Positions 25,501-36,900 of a stretch of 64,000 nucleotides of DNA are shown piece after piece. Each line of letters starts with the position of its first letter. Position 1 is the stretch's first letter. This stretch comes from Octopus sinensis (lineage: Eukaryota), in contig NC_043000.1 in NCBI RefSeq assembly GCF_006345805.1, positions 104,160,001-104,224,000 on the forward strand, written 5' to 3'. Below the pieces are notes generated by a model. The model was not told the DNA's origin. It ran no database searches and was given only the letters and a program-made list of their open reading frames with translations. Both the position numbers and the translations under genes were made by a program.

Positions 25501-26393
25501 TATAATCTCCACAGCGTGCTAACAACAAATCAGATGTTAATATTTTTTAAATCTCGTCGAACACCTGACAATTTTCAGACCCATTCCACTTTACATCTTT
25601 TTGATAGACTATTTAGTGGAGCTCTTACCTTATGCATATTTGGAATGTAATTTTGGTAATAATTTGCTAGTCCCAAAAAAGCTTGTAAGGTCGCTATATT
25701 TGTTGGAGGGGACATATTTTGAATTGTGACTACTCTCGACGGATCTGGTCGACGTCAGGTCCATTTCTGTCAATGATTTGTCCTAAGTATTTTATTTTTG
25801 CTAAGAAAAATTCACACTTTTCTTCACTCAAAGAAAAACCGTAATCCCTAATTTTTCGAACACATATTTTACGTGCTGTAAGAGTTGGTCCTGGGATTCG
25901 CTTTTTAGTAGTATATCATCCAGATATGGAATTGCGAATTCACAGTCTGCTAACATTGCATCGATAATCTGTTGAAAAATCGCCGGTGCGACTTTTAAGT
26001 TAAATGGTAACCTGTTGTATTTGTTAGGTATGTAGTGGATTTTGCATGCATGAAGTGGATTCGATCCACCATAGCCAAATTTAAATTAACACTGCAACAG
26101 AACTTTTCCCATGGTGGAACAATGGTTTTTCTCTGACAGCAGTTTTACATTTTCCAGATGCCTTTAGCTAGGCTGAAATAATGTCTTCCCCACTCGACCC
26201 TTTCTAACCTCTTCTACTTCACCAAAAGCTAGAATAGAGATAACAAGACCACCAACTAAATCTATTGTTCTCAATGATATATCTATTCTTCTGGATAGTT
26301 ATATAAGCAAGCACACCCCAAGCAAAAATCAGTTAATCACAGTTGTTGACGATTCAACGAGTCCAGTCACATGGTAACGACTGAACGAAGTCT

Positions 26394-27416
26394 GGATCTT
26401 TTCATTTTGAAGGCCAGATTTTCAGGTTTTTCTAGTTAACTAAATAATTTGAAACTTCGTATACTGGTAGAAAGTATCAAAAGAAAACATTAATTTCAAC
26501 TAGTTTTTTTGAGAAAAATGTATTTTATAAGTTTAAACGTAGTTTAAATCTGCGAATTTTAACCAATCGTATTGTCTGTTTTGATCTGAAATTATTAGCT
26601 GCATAGTGTTACTGTGACGTAGACAGCTATTTTGTGAAAATTTTAAACAACGGGGGTAAGAAGTAAGCAAACAGCTGTGGTAGATGTGGTTATCATGGCA
26701 GTGGTGGTGGTGGTGGTAGTGTAGTGGTGACAGTGGATGTGTATGATGGCAGCAATTATAGTGTTGGTGTTTTTGTAGAGGTGGTGGTGGTGGCGGCAGT
26801 GGATGATGATGATGGTAGTAGTGGCATTGATTATGTTAGGATGTCTCAGTGGTGGTTGTGAAGATGATTCTGATATTGATAGTCTTTGCATTGAGGTGGT
26901 GGCAGAGTCAGAGTAAATAATAAGAGCCCAGTTAACTCAAGATTCTTAAATTTCGGAGATCATAAGATAGAGAGCAAGAAGTTAAAAGTTCCAATACTGG
27001 CCCAATTCCTACACCCCAGATTCTTCAACTATTTTATAAGAAAGGGGTTAATGGCAGGATAGGGATTCAGCTTAAAAATAAATTGTATAACAAAAAATAC
27101 ATAAATAAATAACTGCTCCAACGATGTAATTTTAGTATGTGTGTATGTATGTATGTATGTATGTATGTATGTATGTATATGTATGTATGTATGTATGTAT
27201 GTGTGTGTGTGTGTGTGTGTGTATGGATCAAAACAGTTTGATTCAAATTCTGTGGTACTTATATATTCATACATACATATACATGTAGATGTATATAACA
27301 TATATATATATATTGTATGTAAACATCTTTTATATATATATAATGTATGCATCTATAATACACACACATTATAAATATATATACATATATGCATATGCAT
27401 TAGAATATGTATGTAT

Positions 27417-27477
<61 letters not shown>

Positions 27478-28049
27478 TATGTTTGTATACATGTGTGTAT
27501 AGCTATTTAGGATCTACACAAATTTTATATATACTCCACGAAGTTTGAAAGTGTTTAGTTAGAAAAAATTATTTTTTAAATCTGTAGGTCAAAAGGTAAA
27601 GATCCGGTATTTTAAATTTTTGTTGCATTTCTAATCTTTCTGATGTCTGAGGATGGATATTTATGCGTATGAATCTTTTTATTTTTATTTTGTTTCAAAT
27701 ATAATTCTAGGGAACTGAAAAAGCTGTGTACGATGCCAAGCGAATTTAGCTGTTTACGATAAGCGGATGTTTACGTTTTAGCTATATACATGTTTACGTT
27801 AACTACATCACAAAATAGCTGTTTACGTCACAGTAACAATATTTTGAGAGGCAGTAAATGATATGAAGTCGAAACAAAGAATACCATTGGTTAAAATTCG
27901 AATTATTAAACAACGTTAAACTTAGAAATTACAATTCCGTTTTCATTTTGGTTTACAATTATGTTTTCTTTTGACACATTCTACCAGTATACGAAGTTTC
28001 AAATTGTTTAGTTAACTAGGAAAATCTAGCCTTCAAAATGAAAAGATCC
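26394..28049. mobile_element. Non-autonomous Merlin-like (GG-terminal, 8-bp TSD) DNA element, 1656 bp
   Basis: Perfect 21-bp TIR GGATCTTTTCATTTTGAAGGC extending imperfectly ~80 bp; perfect TSD CGAAGTCT at 26386-26393 and 28050-28057; no transposase. Confidence 0.85.
27137..27475. repeat. (TATG)n/(TG)n/(TA)n microsatellites inside the Merlin-like element
   Basis: Direct inspection. Confidence 0.92.
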
Positions 28050-28204
28050 CGAAGTCTTGCTGATCACTAGCTCTAATTCTGTTCTCTTTCAACATCATTC
28101 TATCTCTCTCTGTATTTACTACTAAACAATGAAGAGGACACTAAAACAAACTTTACTTCGCATGCCTTTGGATTTATCAAAATCTGCCCGTCGAGGCAAG
28201 GTAT

Positions 28205-28411
28205 TGTAACGTAACGGTAAATAAATATTTCCTTAAAACTTCATGCATTGTTCATTTTTCACATCCTACAGTATGCAATTATCGTTACAACTGCTGACTC
28301 CGACATTTCATAATAATGTTTACAAATCAATATCTCCCGTTACAATTGGTGAACCCAAACAAGAGAATTGCAGCCTTCCCAAGAACTAACCGCTACGATT
28401 GGTGACCCCGA
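28205..28411 (+). mobile_element. Short LTR (TGTAACG...CGTTACA, 28205-28344) with tRNA-Trp-type primer binding site
   Basis: 7-bp terminal inverted repeat; degenerate TGGTGAACCC just downstream and TGGTGACCCCGA at 28400-28411 (complement of eukaryotic tRNA-Trp 3' end). Confidence 0.55.
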
Positions 28412-30379
28412 ATTTAGAGCATTCATCGTCTAATTTGTAGGGACGTGTCAGAGAGAGCCAATTTAGAAAATATGTAGCGGACTGGTTGTGGTGAGCCATA
28501 TCAATTCGATACGATGTAGCCCACTACTAAATGTAGCGTATAGATGTAACGCTTCAAGGTTCTCATGTCGGAGTAACCAGTGTTCATCGAAGAATTAATA
28601 CCAAGAAGGAAGAAATGTTATTTACCTATATTTATTCGTTTACCCGACAGGTTGTTACAGAGACAGTAGCAATTCTAGGATGACTCGCTGGTTAGTAGTT
28701 GATATGTAGAAAAAGGCTGTCTGTCAGTAGAGCGGGAAGGAGTAAGGTAGTCATGGTGCTGACTAGAAAGGAAGAAAGGGTAAAGGCGGTATCGCCTTTC
28801 TTACGGCCAAAAGCCAAAAGCATGTCGATCGAAGGGCGAAAGGAAGTGCTGCTCTTGGTTAAGGCTGATGCAAAAGTGAGTATTGCTCCTTGGTCTGGCT
28901 GACACAAAAGAGCCGGTGTTGCTTCTTGGTCATAGCTGACACATAAGAGGAGGAGATAGAAAATTCTCTCTGGTCAGTAGTGTAGGTCAAACCTTAAACA
29001 AAAGACTGACTTTCCTTGACTAGTACAGGTCCAAGGGGACGGAGTGTTTCCTCATCAATCATCTAGTGTGAAGGATTTCCCGCTCGTTTTGACAAGCAAC
29101 AAGCCGGTGGATATGGTTTCAAATCTCAGGCAGGGTCAAGCTAGAACCCAACAAATATCTTGCCACCGTTTAATTTCACAAATATGTTCTTCGGAGTAGG
29201 TAGCGAACAGTGGAACGTTTTTAGACATTCGTTTAAACCAGTGGAAAAATCAGCGCACACTCTGTTTTATTATTCTTTTTCTTAACGTGCACAGTTGGTG
29301 ATGACCATTGACTCCATGCCACTTTTTGGATAACTCCAATTTTTTCTAGTCTTTCTAACTCCAACGCTGCAAAAAGTACTGTTCGTTTTTGTTTAAATAC
29401 CGGTATGACGCTTTCTTTTACTTCAAACTTCACCCTTGTTTTGGTGCACAGACCTAATTCATCAGACAGAACTTCAGGAAAATTAAAAAAAAATTTTTTT
29501 TTAAATTCGTCTGACGACTTATATGTACTGGCGGAAAAAACATTCATATTTTTACAGAAAAGATTTATGGGGACGTTCCATAAGTTAAATAATTCCATCC
29601 ACTCTGTTCCGAATAAATTTGTCGTTTTATTCAACACAAAAACTTTGGCTTTTAAGGTTTTCCCATGAAATGTATCGTCATTAATTATTCGCCCTTAAAA
29701 TGTAATTTTTTTCCTGAAACACCACGTGCCATTTTCGAAGTTTCTTTTAATCTAGGTCTCCCGATTTCCCCCCATGTATCTGTGTTAATTATCGAGATAT
29801 CACTGCTCGTATCCAAATGTAATTTTACGTTTGTGTTATTATACACATATTTCCTTTGCGGCTCGTTCGTATTTCTTGTCACCGAAAACCTGTTTACGTA
29901 TTTTATTTTTCTGTTTAACCGTTTTTAGGTTTTGTTTTACAGAGTGATTTCTTATGATCTACCTTACCATACTTAAAACATTTTATATTCCTAAACGGAC
30001 ACTTACTTTTAAAATGTAGACCATCGCACCCATAACATGGATTCGGCCTTGACATATTTTTCTTTTTTCATATCCGTTACCGGTCGACATGCACAAATAT
30101 GAGAGCAATCTTTTTTCTACAATTTTATCTGCGTCATGTCTTAGATTTATAAACCTCTGGCATTCATCTGCTACTGCCCGCAGAGTTAACTTTTGGTCCT
30201 GTTCTAATTTTGTTGATATCTGGGAACAAATATTTGCATCTTTGCATGCAGTTCCGGGATTAATTCATTTAAAAGCGTAAAAATAATTGAAAATGAAACA
30301 AAATTGAAGCTAAAACACTAAAAGTTATTGAAAATGGGTAGAAATAACCATTACGTAGTGTATGTAGTAGTACTACCCT

Positions 30380-30822
30380 AGGGTATCTGTAGAAAGTTGA
30401 ATGTAATTTCGGAATATAACGAGGAAAAATTCGGGTCTTGGAAATTTTCCGAAAGTTCCTTCCCCACAAACCAATTTTCCTAAAAGTTATGTGGGAAAAA
30501 CTCAGATTTTGTGAATTTTCCGAAGTCCTCTCCCCACCTTTTTGGAAAAGATTTTCCCCACAAATTTCTTTATAATTGCAATGTATGTCGTTTGAAAGGT
30601 ATTTCTATAAAGTTTCATTGAAAGAAACCCCATTTTCCGAAAAGTTATGAGGGGAAAACTCGGATCTTGTGAATTTTCCGAAGTTCTCTTCCCACACTCC
30701 CGTTGGTTTGCGCGCATTTTCTTTTCATATTCGTTTCCTACACATTGTTTTACACCCATCCCAGTATTTTTTTTGGGGGGGGGTGGGATTTTCATTTCCG
30801 GGTTAAGATGTAAACATTAACC

Positions 30823-30856
<34 letters not shown>

Positions 30857-30997
30857 AGCAAAAATTTAGATTCAGATGAATATGGTACTTGAGTTGAGAC
30901 ACCAGAATTTAGTACGGTATTATCCATACAATTTCAAAATAAGATGATTAGAATCAAAATAAGCAACAAGGATCTGGATATCCTTGTTGCTTATTTG

Positions 30998-31042
<45 letters not shown>

Positions 31043-31640
31043 TTATGATTAAATTGGAATTTGTTGTGAAAATTTCGGTGGGGTAGGGGAAGGGGCAAGG
31101 AATTTCGGATATTCCCGATTCGGCTTTGTTTCCTCATATCTTTTATAAATTTTCTGCAAATACCTCAGAGTGGGTACATTACAATTACATCGGAATTCAA
31201 TGCAAAAAAAAAAAAAAAGAAAAAACGGTGAGCGTACACAAATGTACTGACACATCACATTACATATACCTGCGAAATGAAACTTGAGATTTTGAAAAAA
31301 AATTGTGTTAATATTAATGTGTAAATTCCAATATAATCGTAATGTACACTCTCTGAAAAGTACTCGCAGAAAATTTCATTATTAAATATCTATTTTTATT
31401 TTTGTGTATTTTTATTTTTATGTGTGTGTATTTTCTTTGATATACCTACACAAATGTATCTCCTACGCACGACTTTGTTCCTCATAACTTCCAGAAAAAT
31501 GGATATTATTAAATGAAATTTTCTACAAATTCTCTTCAGAAGATGCAGATGACGATTATATTGAATTTAATGCGGATTATTTTTTTTCCAAGTGTGGGGA
31601 GTTTCGGAAAATTCATATGTGTTCGCTTCGTTTCTTTTAG
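30380..31640. repeat. Cluster of related GAATTTTCCGAAG..CCCCAC repeats in both orientations upstream of the CAD promoter
   Basis: Direct subrepeats at ~30440, 30510, 30670; reverse-oriented copy at ~31590-31620. Confidence 0.55.
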
Positions 31641-31879
31641 AAATATATTTTTTTTTTTTGAAACTCACTGCAAATTCCTTTCAGAGTGTATCGATTACGA
31701 TTATAACGGAATTTAATTTGAAAAAGAAAACTAGTGTAATCGAACATATATATATATATATATTATACTGACACGCACCACATATCTCTAAATAAAACAT
31801 GAAATTTCGAAAAAAGATTTGTGTCTGTGTGTGTTAATTTTTCTTTTCACATCAAATTCCAGTATAATCGTAATCTCCA

Positions 31880-32050
31880 CTATTAGACGCGTATTTGCAA
31901 AAAATTTTATTGAAAAATATCTATTTTCCGCAAAGTTTATATGGTAACAAGGTCGCGAGTAACATACATTAACCACGACAGTATACCCGCTTATAAATTG
32001 AAAGGCGCCAATTATGTCCCTTGTTATACAGCACATCATCACTTGAGAAG
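31880..32050 (+). promoter_or_regulatory. Putative CAD core promoter
   Basis: TATAAA at 31992-31997, E2F-like AAAGGCGCCAA at 32001-32011, ACGCGT at 31887-31892, locally CpG-retaining sequence directly upstream of the ATG. Confidence 0.5.
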
Positions 32051-32156
32051 ATGGGTTCTATCAAGATGCCGAAGAAAGCCACGTTGTTTCTGGAAGATGG
32101 CTCCAGATTTTGTGGACAACTTTTTGGTCATCCTGTCAGTGTTGCCGGTGAAGTGG
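32051..32156 (+). CDS. CAD: CAD exon 1 (coding part)
   Basis: ATG 32051, [35 protein letters not shown]; donor G|GTTAGT, phase 1. Confidence 0.92.
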
Positions 32157-33866
32157 GTTAGTGAAAACGGATTAGAATCTTTCTACTTTTCTATTCTCCA
32201 TTTTAAAATATGTCGAAATTGTCAAAGCCAAGTTTCTCTAAATTTATATTTTCGTATTGTATAAAATTTTCTTAATTACTCTAAGTTTTAATTGTATTAA
32301 TTATTAATATGTATGATGTGTGTATTTTTTCTTTTATTTAGTATTTCTTAATTGGATTATACTATTAATTAATGCGTCATTATTAATAAAAAAAAAAAGG
32401 TGTTTCTTTATATCGTTTACGTAATATTTTGTGGAAATGGCATGAACGTCAGTCATAGTCATATTTTTCTAGCTTGAAATAGTCGTCTTCTGTGCAACCA
32501 ATATAACGAAAAGGAATTAACATATGTTGCTAAACGCTCTTGGTGGAAAGACCTGAAAAAATTCTAACAATTGTATTTTTTCTTCACTAAATTTCTGCCA
32601 CTGTTCTGAAAAGAATTAGTTAAATTCCGGCACACACACACACACGATCGCGTGCAGGTACACATTTAATTAGTTAGAGATAAAATAGCGGGGAAATTAA
32701 AAGATTTTAAATAAAATTATAACATTTAATCAAAGACTAGTCTGTTTTTTCAATTGAGCACTTGCTATAGTTCATTAGTTACTCCTATTTTAATCATTAT
32801 TTTGCCCATGTATCAATCACCCTTCATTTGTTTTTTGTTTTTTTCGCCTTTTGGATACTAGTGGCAGGAAACTTTGTAGCATAATGTATAATAAGTACCG
32901 TATAATATATAGCTAAAACAGCTAATTACGAATACTTGTTCTATTTTCTGAAAAACGAAACACTTTTCACCTTCAGGATGAATGAAAAGCTAATTCAACT
33001 CTGGCGGGAATTCTTTTTAACCATACCGTAAAGATTAATATCTATTACCGAAAGTTCTGATCTAGATGATTTTTCCAATTAATTTCAGCTAGCCACTGGT
33101 TGAGTGGTTGTTATTTTTGTATCCGTTTTTATTATTGCATAAACCATATATATATATATATGTATATGTATATATATAGGAAAAGCAAGCAGTTGTGAAA
33201 TGCTGAAACAAAGATTTCTAATGTATAATATTTTAAAATTTGTTAGATTTTCATTACAATATATTACTATACAACAGCAAAAGAGGAAAAAAGACGAAGA
33301 AACTTAACCTTTAACCTTAACCTTTAAAGTATTATAGTTACTATTTTTTAAAAATTCACATGGTCTATATCCATCTATCTATCTATCCACATACGCAATG
33401 CGCTTAATGTAGTGGAACAGACCATGTGCTTTGAATAAGCAGCGCCTAGAAAACTCTTAACAATCAATTTTGCTTTATCGTTAGAAAACAATTTTTATAA
33501 TTCTCTTCGTAGTGATGAGGAGCGTAAAAGTCTTAACTAATTATCTTTACGAGTATAAATTTCTGTCTGTTATTTGTATATGGATTATATGTACACGCAT
33601 ACACAAATTGTTTGTTCATCGTGGGTATTTATTGACGTGGATAGGCTGTAACGCTTTCCCTATACATAAAAATAAGTCATGGAATGTCACAAAACTCAGC
33701 TTTTTTTTTGTAGTTCTTTATTTGGCTGTTTTAGTATGTAGGGAACTCTGTTATCTATTCCCTCCTTTCCCCCAAGATGATTTGAGTAAAATTTGGCTGT
33801 TGTTTCTAGCGACCAAATCAGGTCTTTGATAAATACAATGGCCGACATCCTTCAATCAGTAGTGTG

Positions 33867-33901
<35 letters not shown>

Positions 33902-36900
33902 ATAGATAAATGAGTTATGATATACAATAATCTATATTTCTCCCATGAGGCAAACTATATTTCTCCTTTGATTGTATGGCTGATTATTGTTTAGTGTTTA
34001 TATTGTGTGTTGCTTTATACTATTGAAGGCACGTGTTGGATGGCACGTATGGCGTGGTGTGTATATAAAATTACACAAGTCATTTAAATAATTGATAATT
34101 CTTTCTCCTTTTTCTTTTTTAAAGCCCTTAGTATTTGATGCGTGATTTGTGTCCGTTTGCATTTCAGGGTACCAACAATTTGATGGTGTGGTTATATATA
34201 TTTTAAATATATGAACGTCGTAATGTTACGTAAAATCCTGTTCAGTTTTTCTGTGTGGTGGTCTTTGTGTTCCATAATTAAACAAGAATATAGTTGTTTT
34301 CTCAGGTCAACTCTTTTATAGGTGTTTTAATACTACGTTGCCCTATGTTCCTTTTAGTCGATTTGAGTAAGGTTTGTTATTTCTAACAAGCGACCACATT
34401 TAGGTTTGTGGATTTTATATACACGTCTCAACGTCAAGGAAGGCGCACGAGTTTTACTAGTAATCTTTATTCACAAAACACCATACGTGTTGCATATCGA
34501 TTTGAAATATGGGCATCTTTTCTCTTTATTTTGCGATTAACGGCAATGTTCTTTAAGAAGCATTTAATTTAGATGTGTTACTGCTACTTTATTATTAGAT
34601 AAGTGCCGTTGTATTCTATGTATAGACAATTTTTATAATCGCTATTGCACTTTTTAATCGACAGACCTGAAAATCAACATCCTTCCGTAAGAATTTAATT
34701 GAAATTATATAATTATTCTTTTAGTAATAAACGTAATTTTATTTCGGAAAAGAACTTGAAAGGGAGATTGGTTTAAAAATTAAGTTAGGCAATAATTTTA
34801 AATATGCTTAACATTCATTTAAAGTTCTGTTCGAATTCGATTTATATATGAACAGCCCTCATCATTACAAACCTGCAGCATGATCTCACTGACTCACTTT
34901 CTATCTCCTGTGTCAGAATTGCTCAACACAGGTGTTGTAGATTTATGAATTTTGTTATAGTATAAATATTAATAAGTGAGGGCGCGTGGCTTAGTGGTTA
35001 GGACATTCGGCTCATGATCGTAAGGTTGTGAGTTCGATTCCCGGCGACGCGTTGTGTCCTTGAGCAAGACACTTTATCTCACGTTGCTCCAGTCCACTCA
35101 GCTGGCAAAAATGAGTTGTACTTGTATTTCAAAGGGTCAGCCTTGTCACTCTCTGTGTCACGCTGATTATCCCCGAGAACTACGTTAAGGGTACACGTGT
35201 CTGTGGAATGCTCAGCCATTTGCACGTTAATTTCACGAGCAAGCTGTTCCGTTGATCGTATCAGCTGGGACCCTCGTCGTCGTAACCGGCGGAGTCTTTT
35301 AAGAAATATTAATAAAAATGCAATATTTAAATTAATTTGTAATAGCAACATTTAAATTAAGTTGTAAAATGTAAGCATGTATCTATGATTTAGTACACTT
35401 CGTTAGAGACGCTGCATCTTTCGAGACCACGTTGTATTTCGGATTTTAAGTCTTTCACATCTATATTTACAATATTGGGTTGTACAGGTTAAAAATGTCG
35501 AGTTCAATTACGTTTATTAAAAAAGATCAGTTGTATGTCATGTGTGAAAGAGTAGGAGCATCCTTCGGACAAATTAATAAATCAGATGTTGGACATGGCT
35601 TAGCAACATCATTGACGAAGCCAAACCTCCCTTTCGTCTTTGCTACGGTAAAGGCGCCTTTGATCACCGGTCTGTTCACAGTTGACCTGACTCTAATTTA
35701 GGTCTAATCAGACTTTGCTTTTCATTTCTTTGTGAAGAAATTTTTTCAAACTTTGTACTACTAAAGAAAAGTTAGTATATATTCAACACAAGTTTTTTTT
35801 TTCTGTGGGTTTGTGTGTCGATTTCATTGTCTACGTTATCCACAAACACATCTTTAATTTTACTCTGCTTGTGTCTTCTGTACAGTTCACTATAAAATGT
35901 AGAATATGGTACCTTATTGATGTTTTGCTCCATGTCAACTCTGATCAGGCTGACATATGAATGACATTCCAACTGTTATGCTGTCTTTTTCTAATGGTAC
36001 CTTAGGACTGTATTATCCAAAATGTAATTTAAGATAGTCAAATTTTCAATTCATACTAGACTATCTTGAGCAGATCTAATAGCTATGTAGAGGCTCACTT
36101 CTTGACCTGTCATTTCACCTGCGAGAGTTTTAGGAAAGTACTTCTTGACCTGTCATTTCACCTGCGAGAGTTTTAGGAAAGTTACATGTCCACACTGAGA
36201 AACAGGCATATCTGATCCAGGTCTAAGCTAGTTTGTTCAAATATTTTACTTATATGATTAATTTCTTATAAAAAGGTAGGTTACATTGTGCCTATAAATT
36301 TGGTGGTGGTAGCAGCTATTACATTTGTGTGCTGTTTTGCTGGCCTATAATACAACCTTTGTCTCAATGGTGTCTCATCTTGCTTCTGAGGTGGTGATGT
36401 CCTGTACTCTACACATTTACTTTTTCTTTTGAGACCTATCACAATTTCTTAAGTTTCTTCATTCGTTCAACATTCATTTTCGTATGCTTGGTTGGGTTGA
36501 ACAGAGATTGAAGAATGATTTTACAGCCAGATGTTCTGTCACCAATTTTTACAGGTTTTTCTATTCCACCTGTCTTTGAGGTAAGCATCTGTTTTGTTGT
36601 GGGTGAAGTTGTGGAATGTCAGCATTTATGTGTGAGTACGAAGGGTTTCTGCACAATTTACAACTATCAAATTCCTTGAGAGACTACAGTAAATGATACT
36701 TAAGATGCTGAACAGTAAGACTGAACCCAAGACCATATGGTTGTGAAGCAAACTACACAGACATGTTGTCACCTATCTTAGGTCTTGATGTTATCTCTGG
36801 TTCTGTCATCTTCTGGATGCCATATCACTGCATCAATTTGCCAGTTCACTTTTTCAGTGTGTCTAGGAACTGGATTTGTGAAGACTATTAAAATCTTGCA

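Larger units (their letters stand above)
23100..30280 (-). mobile_element. Decayed Gypsy (Mag/K02A2.6-like) retrotransposon interrupted by nested insertions
   Basis: From the right: gag with two decayed zinc knuckles (~29940-30280), protease LDTSSD (29685-29882), RT N-term (29160-29640), RT YNRLPF...YLDD (~25700-26025), RNase H, integrase (24330-24900), PPT AAGAAGGGGAGA and LTR start TGTTGTGG at 23747; left LTR limit uncertain. Confidence 0.85.

Noticed and set aside
26643-26891. His/Thr/Ile-rich ORF
   Set aside because: Translation of a degenerate GTG/GAT triplet tract inside a non-autonomous element
31941-32264. 107-aa ORF overlapping CAD exon 1 in another frame
   Set aside because: Starts upstream of the TATA box, runs through the splice donor into the intron, and has no recognisable domain
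34976-35055. tRNA gene-like heads here and in SINE families A and B
   Set aside because: No complete cloverleaf; they continue into SINE bodies, several with TSDs, so they are SINEs, not tRNA genes
35535-35682. Possible intronic H/ACA snoRNA (ACATCA hinge, ACA near 35677)
   Set aside because: The second hairpin does not fold convincingly and no pseudouridylation pockets are evident
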